64,000 bases of DNA, from the NCBI GenBank assembly GCA_044224315.1, contig JBGAKR010000001.1, forward strand, positions 834,827 to 898,826, read 5' to 3'. A program made the position numbers and the translations under genes. Each line of letters starts with the position of its first letter. Within the stretch, counting starts at the first letter, position 1. Shown piece by piece: positions 38,456 to 49,667 of the stretch. Source of the DNA: Bacteroidia bacterium. GTDB taxonomy: Bacteria; Bacteroidota; Bacteroidia; NS11-12g; UBA955. Below the pieces are notes generated by a model. The model had not been told where the DNA came from. It made no database searches and worked only from the letters and a program-made list of their open reading frames with translations.

Positions 38456-41242
38456 ATGTTTTCCGGAGAAATGTATAGATATTTAACCCTGCTGGTATTC
38501 ATAGCACTCACAGGCAGTGCGTATGGGCAAGTTGGCGGACTTGCCGGTGCAGTTACCGATGCCACCACCGGACGAGAGCTGGTGGGCGTTACCGTGATTT
38601 TAAAACCCGGCATTAAGGAAGATATAACCGATGTAGAAGGCAGGTTTTTGTTTAACAATTTACAACCCGGCATTTATTCTCTCGAGTTGAGAGAAATCAA
38701 TCATAAAACCACCATCATTCCCATTTTAAGGGTAACTGCCAACGAAATTTCTGTGGTAAAACTTACCATGTACGACAGTGTAAAAGCCCTTTCCGGTATC
38801 ATTATCACGGCCAAAAAACCCAGGGCCGAAAACAATGCCGGAGTGGCCATGGAACGCAAAAGTTCGCCCAATATCATGGATGGTATATCGCAGGAATCTA
38901 TCAAACGCACCCCCGACCGCAATACCGCCGAGGCCATGCGCAGGGTAAGCGGCATTACCATTCTCGACAATAAATACCCTGTTGTGCGTGGCTTATCCGA
39001 TAGATATAATATGGCCTTGCTGAATGGTGTGCCTATGCCATCTACTTTGCCCGACCGCAAAACATTTGCTTTTGATGCCATACCCGCCGGATTGCTGGAC
39101 AATCTGCTGGTAATAAAATCAGCCCTGCCCGATCAGCCCGCTGAGTTTGCCGGTGCCATTTTACTGATTAACACCCGCGATATTCCGGATGAAAGCGTGC
39201 AAACCCTTTCACTGGGTTTTGGCGGATTCAGCAATTCCATTGGCCAAAAAGGCAAATGGCAAACCAATGATGCCCCCGATTATTTTGGCCTTGGTGCCTG
39301 GGGTCGTCAATTACCCACGGGTATTTCCACCACCGGCAATTATATGTCGAACCTCACCAAAGCCGAACGCACCGAATTCTCTAAAAAATTCACCAACGAT
39401 TGGGGATTAAAAGAAAGTACCATTTTACCCGGAATACAGTTCCAATATTCAAATAGTTCGCGTTTCAGATTTGCCAAAAAAGAGGCCGGCAGCCTGTTTG
39501 CCCTCAGCTACTCGCGCATGAGCCGTTTGAATTCTATTGAACGCAAAGAATATAATACCAATGGTGTAACCCGCGATTTTAAAGATATGCAATACACCGA
39601 CAATGTTTTGATTGGTGGTATGTTCAATTTTTCGGTAAAAATAAACCGCAAAAACAAAATTACTTTCCGCAATTTTATCAATAATAATGCAACCGAAGAA
39701 AACAACGTAAGGGAAGGCACCAACCTGGAAAGCGGCACTTTTCAGAAAGCTTATTCCATGAATTATTTGCAAAATTATTACATCGGTACCCAATTGGCAG
39801 GTGATCACTTTTTTCCTAAATCCGGATTGAAATTAAAATGGGATGCAGGCTTGCAAAAAGTAATGCGCAATACCCCCGATTATCGCAGGCTTTTATATAC
39901 CCAAAATACCGGTGTGCCAGGCGATGAACTGAAGGCTGCTGTAGGGCCCCAAAGCAATTTTGGCAACGCCGGAAAAATGTTTATGGATATGCACGAAAAC
40001 ATTAAGTTTTTTGGCTACAGTTTTCTTAAATCCTACTATAAAGACAATTTTAAAAGCGACCTGAAATTTGGTGGTTTTCATCAGTTTAAAAATCGTGAAT
40101 TTAATACCCGTTTATTCTCTGTGGTTGAAAATCCAGACATTGACGAATCATTGAAATTATTGGGCCCGGATAAAATATTTGCACCCGATAACATGTCTTC
40201 TACCGGCTTCAGGTACGACGAAATTGCCGATCCTTTTTACCATTATACCGGTACACAAAATTTAAATGCGGGTTATGTAATGATGGATAATATTATCGAC
40301 CGTGTATTCAGAATTACAGGGGGTGTAAGGGTAGAGAAATTTATGCAGCAATTGGTGACTAAAAATAAACAGGATAGCACCATTAAACCTACCATCGACA
40401 ACCTGAATATATTGCCCAGCGGTGCTTTTACCATCATGGTAACCAATAAAACCAACCTGCGTTTGTCCTATGCCCGCACAGTAAGCCGCCCGGATTTCAG
40501 GGAAATTTCTCCGTTTAGCTATTTCGATTTTGTAAACTATATTTCGGTAACCGGAAATGATAAATTGACCAGCGGTCAAATCAACAATTTCGATTTGCGA
40601 TACGAAACTTTCCCCGGTGATGGACAATCATTTTCGGTGGGTGCTTTTTATAAAAAATTCCTGCGTCCTATAGAGCAGATAGTAAGCACTGTGGTGCAGG
40701 ATGGCAATCGCAGCATTCAATTTCAGAATGCCCCCAGTGCTATTGCTTACGGAGCCGAAGCAGAATTTCGCCTGAAGCTGAAAAAGCTGATGCGCAAATT
40801 GAAAAACTGGGAAATATCTGGCAACCTGGCCTATATCAATTCTGAAGTGCAGTTAAAGGACTCGGTAAGTGGCACCAAAACCCGCCCACTGCAAGGCCAA
40901 AGTCCATACATTGCCAATCTGGGATTGTTTTATAATGGCCGCAGTTCAGGTTGGTCATTTGCCATAAATTACAACCTTATAGGCCCCCGCATTTACTCGG
41001 TAGGTACCGCCAATTACCCCGATTTTTATGATAAAAACCGCCATGTACTGGATGTGCAGGTGGCTAAATCATTGAATAACCGGTCTGAAATAAAATTAAG
41101 TGTGGGCGATATTTTGGCCCAGGATTACGTTTTATATCAAAACATGGATGCAAATACTGCGTTTAGTACCAGCGACCATGTGGTAAACCGAATGAAAACC
41201 GCTCCCTTTTTCCTGCTAAATTTTGTATTCCGATTAAAATAA
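38456..41242 (+). CDS. TonB-dependent receptor
   Basis: RVSGIT, VVRGL.DRY, D..P.EFAG, RPDFRE, RPLQGQSPY; start uncertain (38456 or 38471). Confidence 0.9.
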   Translation: MFSGEMYRYLTLLVFIALTGSAYGQVGGLAGAVTDATTGRELVGVTVILKPGIKEDITDVEGRFLFNNLQPGIYSLELREINHKTTIIPILRVTANEISVVKLTMYDSVKALSGIIITAKKPRAENNAGVAMERKSSPNIMDGISQESIKRTPDRNTAEAMRRVSGITILDNKYPVVRGLSDRYNMALLNGVPMPSTLPDRKTFAFDAIPAGLLDNLLVIKSALPDQPAEFAGAILLINTRDIPDESVQTLSLGFGGFSNSIGQKGKWQTNDAPDYFGLGAWGRQLPTGISTTGNYMSNLTKAERTEFSKKFTNDWGLKESTILPGIQFQYSNSSRFRFAKKEAGSLFALSYSRMSRLNSIERKEYNTNGVTRDFKDMQYTDNVLIGGMFNFSVKINRKNKITFRNFINNNATEENNVREGTNLESGTFQKAYSMNYLQNYYIGTQLAGDHFFPKSGLKLKWDAGLQKVMRNTPDYRRLLYTQNTGVPGDELKAAVGPQSNFGNAGKMFMDMHENIKFFGYSFLKSYYKDNFKSDLKFGGFHQFKNREFNTRLFSVVENPDIDESLKLLGPDKIFAPDNMSSTGFRYDEIADPFYHYTGTQNLNAGYVMMDNIIDRVFRITGGVRVEKFMQQLVTKNKQDSTIKPTIDNLNILPSGAFTIMVTNKTNLRLSYARTVSRPDFREISPFSYFDFVNYISVTGNDKLTSGQINNFDLRYETFPGDGQSFSVGAFYKKFLRPIEQIVSTVVQDGNRSIQFQNAPSAIAYGAEAEFRLKLKKLMRKLKNWEISGNLAYINSEVQLKDSVSGTKTRPLQGQSPYIANLGLFYNGRSSGWSFAINYNLIGPRIYSVGTANYPDFYDKNRHVLDVQVAKSLNNRSEIKLSVGDILAQDYVLYQNMDANTAFSTSDHVVNRMKTAPFFLLNFVFRLK

Positions 41243-41246
41243 AAAA

Positions 41247-42848
41247 GTGAAAAAAATTGCTGTCATATTTCTGCTCCTGTTCAGCTTGAAAACTGACGCA
41301 CAAAGTTTTTTTGTACCCACCACCTATCGCGGGGCTTTTGGCAGCAGCGACTGGACCACCACCTGGACCAACTGGACCCCAAAAAACACCAGCTACCCTG
41401 CAGGCACTGTTACCATTACCGGCGATATTACATCCAATACCACCTGGACCTCAGACAAAACCTATTTTCTAAAAGGATATGTGTATGTAAAAAACAATGC
41501 CGTTTTGACCATACAACCCGGCACAATTATTCGGTGTGATGTGCTTTCATCTTCTACCCTCATTATTTGTCGCGGAGCTAAAATTAATGCGGTAGGTACA
41601 CCTTCAGCACCCATTGTATTTACCTCTTCAGAGGCTGCTGGTTCGCGCACCTACGGCGACTGGGGTGGAATTATACTGCTGGGCAATGGAAAAATCAATG
41701 CGGCCGGCGGTGTTGCCGATGTAGGCGCCGGAATAAACAATACCAAAGGCGATGGATTATATGGAGGCAGCAACGATAACGATAGCTCGGGCATTATTAA
41801 ATACCTGCGCATAGAGTTTGCCGGAATCCAATACCAGCCCGATAAGGAAATACCCGGGCTTACACTTGCCGGTGTGGGTGCCAAAACCGAGATAGACTAT
41901 ATCCAAATAAGCTACTGTGGCAATGATGGGCTGCACCTGGCAGGGGGTATGGGGCGGGTAAAACACCTGGTTATGCACCGTGGCTACGATACCGACATTA
42001 GTATGGACCTGGGCTACCGGGGTTTGCTTCAGTTTGGGATTATCCTGCGCGACTCAACCAAATCCAATGCAAGTGGTACCTCGGGTATGGAAATTCAAAA
42101 CGACGGACTGGCATCGTCGGCCCAACCATTTACCGACCCTACTATCAGCAATTTTACCATTCTGGGCCCCATGACTGCGTCCACAACCCCCTACAGCAGC
42201 GGATATCGCAACGGTATTCATATAAGACGCAATGGCAAATGCGCGGTTTTTAATTCGGCTGTTGCAGGTTATCCCCGCGGAATTATGCTCGACGGGCAGG
42301 GTGCTGCGCAACACATGAAGGATGGTAATATTATCATAGAAGCCTGTTTACTTGCCGGGAATAAAATTAAGCAGGTAGATACAACTGGTAATTCCAGCTC
42401 GGTACTCCCGGGTTTTGATTTTTTAACCTGGATAAAAACCTCCACTTTTTACAATACATTACTCACTGCCCCTAAAGATTTAAAACTGGCCGATCCATAC
42501 GCTTATAATAGTCCCACATTTATTCCACGTTCAGGCAGCGCCTTAAACTCTGGCGCGGCTTTTACCAATCTGAGGCTGAATAATACCGAGGTAAAAACAT
42601 CGTATGTAACACTGCCCGGATTGCAAATATTACAAACAGAAAATACCCTGCAAATTTGCTGTTTAAATGTGATAAAAATGCAGCAATTAAATTTGTCGAT
42701 TATGGATTATTGCGGGCGAATTATTTGTACTAAAAATATGCGCGACCCTCAAGAAACCTGGCAATTGCCCGAGTTTCACGGGCCTGCAGTTTTAATTATT
42801 TCTGATACAAACGGAAAGGTTTTAGAAGTGCGAAAAATGTTATTTTAA
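41247..42848 (+). CDS. Secreted parallel beta-helix protein partnered with the TBDR, with degenerate T9SS-like C-terminus
   Basis: LTIQPGT, PIVFTS, GDWGGII.LG, YGG.N..D.SG..KY.RIEFAG. Confidence 0.8.
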   Translation: MKKIAVIFLLLFSLKTDAQSFFVPTTYRGAFGSSDWTTTWTNWTPKNTSYPAGTVTITGDITSNTTWTSDKTYFLKGYVYVKNNAVLTIQPGTIIRCDVLSSSTLIICRGAKINAVGTPSAPIVFTSSEAAGSRTYGDWGGIILLGNGKINAAGGVADVGAGINNTKGDGLYGGSNDNDSSGIIKYLRIEFAGIQYQPDKEIPGLTLAGVGAKTEIDYIQISYCGNDGLHLAGGMGRVKHLVMHRGYDTDISMDLGYRGLLQFGIILRDSTKSNASGTSGMEIQNDGLASSAQPFTDPTISNFTILGPMTASTTPYSSGYRNGIHIRRNGKCAVFNSAVAGYPRGIMLDGQGAAQHMKDGNIIIEACLLAGNKIKQVDTTGNSSSVLPGFDFLTWIKTSTFYNTLLTAPKDLKLADPYAYNSPTFIPRSGSALNSGAAFTNLRLNNTEVKTSYVTLPGLQILQTENTLQICCLNVIKMQQLNLSIMDYCGRIICTKNMRDPQETWQLPEFHGPAVLIISDTNGKVLEVRKMLF

Positions 42849-43613
42849 CATCGCATTCTGCCGCACCGCCTCATACATAGCAATACCGGCAGCCACCGAA
42901 ACATTTAATGATTCTACCCCCATTTTATGCAAAGGTATTTTAAAATGTACATCGCATAATTTCCAGGCATCGGCGCTTATGCCAGTATCCTCGCTGCCCA
43001 TTACAATGGCCAGGGGGCCGGTAAGGTCGGCTTCATATATCCCTGTTGCGCCTTTTTCTGATGCACCAGCTATTTTAAGCCCGCTGTTTTTAAGTAATTT
43101 AAGGGTGTGGTGAATAGAGTTGGTGCGGCATACCGGAATCTTTAGCAATGCCCCCGCCGAGGTTTTAATAGCGTCGGAATTAATGGCGGCCCCGCCGGTT
43201 TCGGGTACCACTATGCCATGCACTCCTGCACATCCTGCAGTGCGGGCTATAGCCCCAAAATTTCGCACATCAGTAATGCCATCCAGTACCATGATAAATG
43301 GGTCTTCTCCCTTTTCAAAAACACCGGCAATCACATTTTCAATTCGGGCAAAATCTACCGAAGAAAGTGAAACCACAATTCCCTGGTGATTGCTGCTTAC
43401 CAGCCGGTTTAACTTTTCGGCGGGTACCTGTTTCCAAATTATACGGTTTTGCTTTAGCAGTAGCAAAATTTCTCTGAGGGCAGGAGAGACTGTTCCCTCC
43501 TGCACCCAGACTTTATCAATAGTTTTGCCTGCACGGATTGCCTCTTCTACGGGGTGAATACCGCCAATAAGGGTTCCGTCGTTTTTGGGTCTGCGCCCGT
43601 GTTCATAACTCAC
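42840..43613 (-). CDS. rlmB: 23S rRNA Gm2251 methyltransferase (TrmH/SpoU family)
   Basis: NHQG, D.RNFGAI.R, KTSAGA, MGSE, SLNVSVA. Confidence 0.9.
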   Translation of the reverse strand: MSYEHGRRPKNDGTLIGGIHPVEEAIRAGKTIDKVWVQEGTVSPALREILLLLKQNRIIWKQVPAEKLNRLVSSNHQGIVVSLSSVDFARIENVIAGVFEKGEDPFIMVLDGITDVRNFGAIARTAGCAGVHGIVVPETGGAAINSDAIKTSAGALLKIPVCRTNSIHHTLKLLKNSGLKIAGASEKGATGIYEADLTGPLAIVMGSEDTGISADAWKLCDVHFKIPLHKMGVESLNVSVAAGIAMYEAVRQNAMLK

Positions 43614-46600
43614 AGACCTGCGGTTCTTTTCTTAAACTGGCCAGCCCAGTCTTTATGTCCGTTTTGCTCGCAGTAGTCGATTACCTGCTTAATGTAATAC
43701 TGGCTGCGGCCTACTTCCTCCTCGGCCCAACGGTGGCTATCGGACCAGCGTTTAAAGTAATTTACAAATTGGGCATTTTCTTCAACTGCCATTGTAAGCA
43801 TTTTTTTGCCCATGGTTTCTTCCCCTAGTTGCAAGAATGCTACTCCGAATTGGGATTTCAAATCACGGCGCAACGGCATTACATTTTCAGGAATTTCATC
43901 CAGTATTTTCTTCAACACCTGCACACCCCGGGCTTTATACACAGCCATTGAATCGGCCATGGTTTGCAGATACACTTTTGTATCGTTGAAACCCGGAGGC
44001 GGAGGAACTGTTTTCCCTGAATCTACATCCGCTTTTACACGTTTGTACATTTCAATTTCGTTGATGTAATAATTGGCCAGAATCAGCGACATCTGCTGCA
44101 TATCATTGGGCACATAAGCGGCTTTGTCATCCAGATAAAAGTTCTTTTTATCCTTCATGCCGTAGTATTTAAACTTATTTACAAAGTTGTTATACAATTG
44201 GTAATCGGCAATTTTGTTGGGTTGTCCGCCATTTGCACCGCCATTAATGGGCACAAAACGGTATACCAGGCCTTCCAATTGCAGGTATTTGTTTAATGAA
44301 TTAAAATCATACCCACTTACAGAGGTAAAATAAATGGGGCGTTTCCAACCCTGTTCGGCATTGGTAGCAATCAAATCGTACACTACCAAATCTCCTTTGT
44401 TTACATAGTTTCCGCCAATATTTACTTCAATGCTGTCTGCAATGAGGTTGTAGTCTTTCGGATTCACAACGCCTGCTTTTTTCACTGCCTCTTTATCTAC
44501 TTTCACATAAAATTTGCCACCATGCCATACGTTTTGCATACCCTTTTGATTTTCGGCCAGTAGTTCTTTAATAATACTGCGCAAGGGGCGGGCATTTTTG
44601 TAATTGTTGCGGTCTATTTCTATACCGTAGTCAAAACTACCAGTTTTAAGGTCGTTTTTGGTTACAGTTAATGGCAATGGATCGGATTTATACACTTTAT
44701 CCAACAGCACGCTGCTGTACCATTCTGTGGGCAGCAAACTTTCATTGATAATTCTCACATCTGTGCGGATACCCTCTACGTTTTGGGCATACCACAGCGG
44801 ATAGGTATCATTATCCCCGTTACAGAAAAGGATGGCATTGGGTTCCAGGCTGTTGAGGAAATTCTTGGCCATATCCAAGCCGATGTATCGGCCAGAACGA
44901 TCGTGGTCGTCCCAGTTTTGGTAAGCCATATTCACAGGTACCAGTGCGGTACATGCCACAGCTGCAGTAATGGCCGATGATTTATTTAAGTATTTCTTAA
45001 GCAGTTCGGCTACGTAAATAACCCCTAAGCCTACCCAAATACAGAACGTTTGGAACGAACCTACCAGCGAGTAATCCCTTTCGCGGGGCTCGTAAGGCGG
45101 TTGATTCATATATACGTTAATCAGCACTCCGGTAAATAAAAACAGGGTCATTACCAGCCAGAAATCTTTTCTGCCTTTTCCAAAATGCAGTATCATTCCC
45201 AGAATACCCAATAGCAAGGGAAGGAAGAAATAGGCATTTTTACCCTTTTGGTTTTTATAAAAATCGGGCATATCCTTGGTGGGGCCCGATACAAAACGGT
45301 CTACGAATGGTATACCTGAATACCAGTTACCATCGAAAGTAGAATTGCCTGATACAGCTTGCTGATCGTTGAGTCGGCCAACAAAATTCCACATAAAATA
45401 CCGCAGATACATGTAACTGATCTGGTAGGTAAAGAAATAGCGGATATTGTTACCCATAGTAGGTTTTTCATACTCCAGGGCTTCCAGTTCCTGCTTTTCG
45501 GCATCGGTAAGCGGTTGCCCGTTTTGCCTTTGCTGATTGAGTTCGTTAATGCGATTTTGAACTTCGTGCATGCCTCCATATTCGCGGAAACCACGGGCAT
45601 CGCCGCTTTTGTTTGATTTACCCATTCGTGGGAAAAGGGTCATATACTCTTCATCATAAACGGGCTCGTATGTGGCACCGGTCGCTTCGTAAGCGCTGTC
45701 GCCTTTATACCATTTGGGTGGGTTTTCTTTGTAATCAATAGTAGGGGCGTTGAAATAGGGGCCTTTCACCAACGGACGATCGCCATACTGTTCACGGGTT
45801 ATGTAACCATAGAATTTGTATGGGTCCTCGGGGTTGTTCATGTCAATGGCAGGGTTTGCCAAAGAACGAATAACCACCATGGCATAAGACGAGTATCCCA
45901 AAATTACGAATCCGGCAGAAATTACCAGCAGATTCCAGTTTCTGCGTCCGGTTTTGGCAGTATACCAAATCAGGGCTGCAATACCACCGAAAATCAAAAC
46001 CAGGGCAAAAATGCTTCCGCTGTAGAAAGGCAGGTGAAAGCTATTCACAAACATTTTGTCCATTACAGCCAGCAACCAGGGAATTCCGGGGTAAACAATT
46101 TTCATAACAAAACCCAGGGCAACCAAAGCTGCACCAAAGGCCATAAATATACCATTGCGGGTAATGGTAAAACGTTTAAAATAATATGCCAGGCATACAG
46201 TAGGAATCACAAGCAGATTCAACATGTGCGTACCCAAAGCCAAACCTGTTACAAAGGCTATAAAAACCAGCCAGCGGTCGTTGTGCGAGTCGTTACTTTG
46301 TTTGTCCCAACGCAAAATAGCCCAAAAGGTAAGTGCAGTAAAGAACGAGCTCATTGCATATACCTCGGCCTCAACAGCGCTAAACCAGAAACTATCCAGG
46401 AATGTATTGGTAAGGGCAGCCACCACACCGGCACCGATAATCAGGGTGTTGCGGTTGGCGTTGTCTTCGGCCACCAGCTTTTGTGCAAAGTGGGTTGTAA
46501 TCCAGAAAGTGAACATTACGCATCCGGCGCTAGAAACGGCAGAAAGCATATTTACCCAGAAACCTACATGGGCAGGATCGGGAGAAAGCAATGAAAACAA

Positions 46601-46789
46601 GCGACCTACCATCAAAAACAAAGGCGCCCCGGGAGGGTGCACTACTTGCAATTTGTAAGCAGCACTAATAAACTCTCCGCAGTCCCACAAACTTACCGAA
46701 GATTCCAGGGTAAGAGAGTACACTACAAGTGCGACCGCAAATACGGCCCATCCGAAGATTTTGTTCAACGAACTGAAATTATTCATCAT
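43610..46789 (-). CDS. DUF2723 membrane glycosyltransferase-like protein
   Basis: WDCGEF, HPPGAP, EAEVY, RERDY, GDNDTYPLWY. Confidence 0.9.
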   Translation of the reverse strand: MMNNFSSLNKIFGWAVFAVALVVYSLTLESSVSLWDCGEFISAAYKLQVVHPPGAPLFLMVGRLFSLLSPDPAHVGFWVNMLSAVSSAGCVMFTFWITTHFAQKLVAEDNANRNTLIIGAGVVAALTNTFLDSFWFSAVEAEVYAMSSFFTALTFWAILRWDKQSNDSHNDRWLVFIAFVTGLALGTHMLNLLVIPTVCLAYYFKRFTITRNGIFMAFGAALVALGFVMKIVYPGIPWLLAVMDKMFVNSFHLPFYSGSIFALVLIFGGIAALIWYTAKTGRRNWNLLVISAGFVILGYSSYAMVVIRSLANPAIDMNNPEDPYKFYGYITREQYGDRPLVKGPYFNAPTIDYKENPPKWYKGDSAYEATGATYEPVYDEEYMTLFPRMGKSNKSGDARGFREYGGMHEVQNRINELNQQRQNGQPLTDAEKQELEALEYEKPTMGNNIRYFFTYQISYMYLRYFMWNFVGRLNDQQAVSGNSTFDGNWYSGIPFVDRFVSGPTKDMPDFYKNQKGKNAYFFLPLLLGILGMILHFGKGRKDFWLVMTLFLFTGVLINVYMNQPPYEPRERDYSLVGSFQTFCIWVGLGVIYVAELLKKYLNKSSAITAAVACTALVPVNMAYQNWDDHDRSGRYIGLDMAKNFLNSLEPNAILFCNGDNDTYPLWYAQNVEGIRTDVRIINESLLPTEWYSSVLLDKVYKSDPLPLTVTKNDLKTGSFDYGIEIDRNNYKNARPLRSIIKELLAENQKGMQNVWHGGKFYVKVDKEAVKKAGVVNPKDYNLIADSIEVNIGGNYVNKGDLVVYDLIATNAEQGWKRPIYFTSVSGYDFNSLNKYLQLEGLVYRFVPINGGANGGQPNKIADYQLYNNFVNKFKYYGMKDKKNFYLDDKAAYVPNDMQQMSLILANYYINEIEMYKRVKADVDSGKTVPPPPGFNDTKVYLQTMADSMAVYKARGVQVLKKILDEIPENVMPLRRDLKSQFGVAFLQLGEETMGKKMLTMAVEENAQFVNYFKRWSDSHRWAEEEVGRSQYYIKQVIDYCEQNGHKDWAGQFKKRTAGL

Positions 46790-46875
46790 TGGTTATATAT
46801 CGTAAAGTAATAGTTGGCGAAAATAGTGATTTCGCATTCAATTTGCGCAGAAAATGCCATGGGTTTTCAGGATTT

Positions 46876-48411
46876 TCAGGCAGACGCCGGTTTAAGAACA
46901 GAGGTTGCCTCGGCAATACGGGCACTTACATTCTTTTCGCCCAACAGTTCAATCATTTCGAAGATTGGCGGCCCGGCGGGTTCTCCGCTGATTGCCACAC
47001 GCAAGGGTTGCATCAGTTCGCCGGTTTTTACCCCCGCACTTTCGCAGTATTGCTTAAAAATATTTTCGAGATTCAATGCAGTATAATCGGCAGACTGCGA
47101 CATGGCAGCGGCAATTGCATTGAGGTGGGTATTGGTATCGGCCTTCCATTTTTTGGCCACCACATCGGGATTATAGGTGCTGGGTTTTTCGAAAAAATAA
47201 TGTGCCTGCGCAATAATTTCTTTGGCAAAATTTACCTTTTCCCGCATCAGTCCTATCACTTTCTCCACATACCCGGGTGCAGCGCTATAGCCTTTTGCCG
47301 CCAAATCGGGGGCTACCATTTCAGCTATTTCCGACAGGGGTTTTTGCATCAGGTATTGATGATTAAACCAAAGGGCTTTATTTAAATCAAATTTGGCTCC
47401 GCTTTTACTTACCCGGTCTAATGAGAAAGCTTCTATCAACTCGGGCATGGAAAACAATTCTTTGTTATCACTTGGATGCCATCCCAGTAAGGCCAGCATA
47501 TTGGCCACCGCATCGGGGAAATAGCCGCTTTGTTTGTAACCACTGCTGATTTCACCACTGGCCGGATCTTTCCATTCCATAGGGAAAACCGGAAATCCCA
47601 GGCGATCGCCATCGCGTTTACTCAGCTTTCCGTTGCCTTCGGGTTTCAACAACAAGGGCAGGTGGGCAAATTCGGGCATTACATCTTCCCAGCCCATAAA
47701 TTTATACAACATTACATGCAGCGGCGCGCTAGGTAACCACTCCTCACCGCGGATTACATGCGAAATACCCATCAGATAGTCATCTACCACATTGGCCAAA
47801 TGGTAGGTAGGCATACCATCACTTTTCAGCAGAACCTTATCATCAAGTTGAGAGCTGTTTACAACCACCCAACCACGGATAATATCATGAAAACGCACTT
47901 CCTCTTTGCGCGGCATTTTAATGCGGATTACATAGGGCTTGCCACTTTCAATGCGGGCTTTCACCTCATCGGCGGGCAAGGTAAGAGAGTTGTGCATACT
48001 TTGCCGGCTTACGGCATCATAAGCGGGCTGCATACCACCTGCTTCCAGGCGTTTGCGCATGTTTTCCAAATCCTCTTCGGTATCAAAAGCGTAGTAGGCA
48101 TGGCCTTTTTCAATGAGGTCGTAAGCGTATTGGGCATACATGCCTTTGCGTTCGCTTTGGCGATAGGGTGCATGTGGGCCTCCTACACTCTGTCCTTCGT
48201 CAATTTCAATACCTACCCATTTTAAACTTTGGATAATATAATCTTCGGCACCGGGTACAAAGCGGTTCTGGTCAGTGTCTTCCACACGCAAAATCATGGT
48301 GCCATTGTGTTTTCTGGCAAATAAATAATTGTAAAGTGCAGTGCGCACACCGCCAATATGCAGCGGGCCTGTAGGGCTGGGGGCAAATCGAACACGAACG
48401 GGACGGGTCAT
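46876..48411 (-). CDS. gltX: Glutamate--tRNA ligase
   Basis: RFAPSPTG.LHIGG, KLSKR. Confidence 0.97.
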   Translation of the reverse strand: MTRPVRVRFAPSPTGPLHIGGVRTALYNYLFARKHNGTMILRVEDTDQNRFVPGAEDYIIQSLKWVGIEIDEGQSVGGPHAPYRQSERKGMYAQYAYDLIEKGHAYYAFDTEEDLENMRKRLEAGGMQPAYDAVSRQSMHNSLTLPADEVKARIESGKPYVIRIKMPRKEEVRFHDIIRGWVVVNSSQLDDKVLLKSDGMPTYHLANVVDDYLMGISHVIRGEEWLPSAPLHVMLYKFMGWEDVMPEFAHLPLLLKPEGNGKLSKRDGDRLGFPVFPMEWKDPASGEISSGYKQSGYFPDAVANMLALLGWHPSDNKELFSMPELIEAFSLDRVSKSGAKFDLNKALWFNHQYLMQKPLSEIAEMVAPDLAAKGYSAAPGYVEKVIGLMREKVNFAKEIIAQAHYFFEKPSTYNPDVVAKKWKADTNTHLNAIAAAMSQSADYTALNLENIFKQYCESAGVKTGELMQPLRVAISGEPAGPPIFEMIELLGEKNVSARIAEATSVLKPASA

Positions 48412-48434
48412 AACTAGCCCGCAAAGATACTGTT

Positions 48435-49037
48435 TTACCAGTGATAGCAGGCACCAAACTGTATGAGACCTTTAGAAAATCCGGCCTCGGTATAGCATGA
48501 TAAATTGGGTAAAACATGAAAGCGGATACCCACTGTGGCTTCAAGGCCCAGTGAATTGTTGGGCATTACCAATCCATCTTTACCGCCATCCACACTGGTG
48601 CTGGATGGTTTATGAAAAGGCAGGGTATTGCGCACACCCACACCTGCTCCAAAATAACTTTCGATTTGTGAATTAATTTCGAAATAATAATTGGCCCTTA
48701 CCAATGCACTAAAAAAGGTGGTTTTTTTAGCAGACCCACCCAAAACGGTAGACATTTTGCGGCCCGCCGCCATGTTCATTCCCAAGCCAAAATGCGAATT
48801 AAAACGATGCTCGTACTTGGCCATCAACGGACCTTTGGTGCCGGCCCAGTTGTCGAAGTCGAATGAGTACAAACCGTAACCCAAACTGGCTACATTTTTG
48901 GTGTAAAATGGTGTACTTTGCTCGGTAGTAATGTAGTTGCTTTTGGCCAGGGTTTGGGAATAAAAACCTGGCATCATTGCCAATAATGCAAACAGGGGTA
49001 GTAATTTTTTTCTCCGGGCAAGTACGTTAATAATCAT
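48435..49037 (-). CDS. Putative outer-membrane beta-barrel protein
   Basis: Signal peptide, amphipathic beta strands, C-terminal aromatic residue; start uncertain. Confidence 0.7.
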   Translation of the reverse strand: MIINVLARRKKLLPLFALLAMMPGFYSQTLAKSNYITTEQSTPFYTKNVASLGYGLYSFDFDNWAGTKGPLMAKYEHRFNSHFGLGMNMAAGRKMSTVLGGSAKKTTFFSALVRANYYFEINSQIESYFGAGVGVRNTLPFHKPSSTSVDGGKDGLVMPNNSLGLEATVGIRFHVLPNLSCYTEAGFSKGLIQFGACYHW

Positions 49038-49103
49038 ACCAATAACACCTACAAAATAAATACAGCCCCCATGCGTGGGAGTCATATTTGCATCACAGGA
49101 TTG

Positions 49104-49622
49104 TCACTGGTTCTTCATTTTTTCGGCATTAAAATCAGCCGATTTGTTTCGCGCTATGGATAAGGTTTGCCAGTCTGCCGCCCTGTACATTTTGCTGAGC
49201 ATTACAATCTGCCCTGTGTGATAACTGTAATGTGCCAATTGACGGTTTATGGCCTCCATCACTGTATGGGCTTCAGCGCGGATAAGCACCGTTTTATCCA
49301 AATCCGATTCCTGAAGCATATCCAAAGTATGCAAAAAAACATCCCAACCCTGATTCCAAAAATTCATCACCGCCTCGCGACTAAGTTCGTTGATTTCAAA
49401 TTCCGAATCGCGGTTGCGCCAGGGTTTTTCGCCGTCTGTGGTTAAAAAATCCGTCCAGCGCGAAATCATATTACCAGCCATGTGTTTCATAATGATGGCA
49501 ATGGAATTATCATCCTCCGAAGCTTGTTTAAAAAATGCTTCATCTGTCACCTGGGCAATGGCTTTCTCACTCATGGTGCGGTATTGACGAAAAATAGAAA
49601 TAACGGAATGTAAATAGTTCAT
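49104..49622 (-). CDS. DUF1572 / DinB-superfamily protein
   Basis: NSIA...KH..GN..SRWTDFLT.DGEK.WR.RD.EF, H..YH.GQI. Confidence 0.9.
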   Translation of the reverse strand: MNYLHSVISIFRQYRTMSEKAIAQVTDEAFFKQASEDDNSIAIIMKHMAGNMISRWTDFLTTDGEKPWRNRDSEFEINELSREAVMNFWNQGWDVFLHTLDMLQESDLDKTVLIRAEAHTVMEAINRQLAHYSYHTGQIVMLSKMYRAADWQTLSIARNKSADFNAEKMKNQ

Positions 49623-49667
49623 GGATGACTGACTTTAATATTGAAACAAAATTAATACTTTCGCTTC

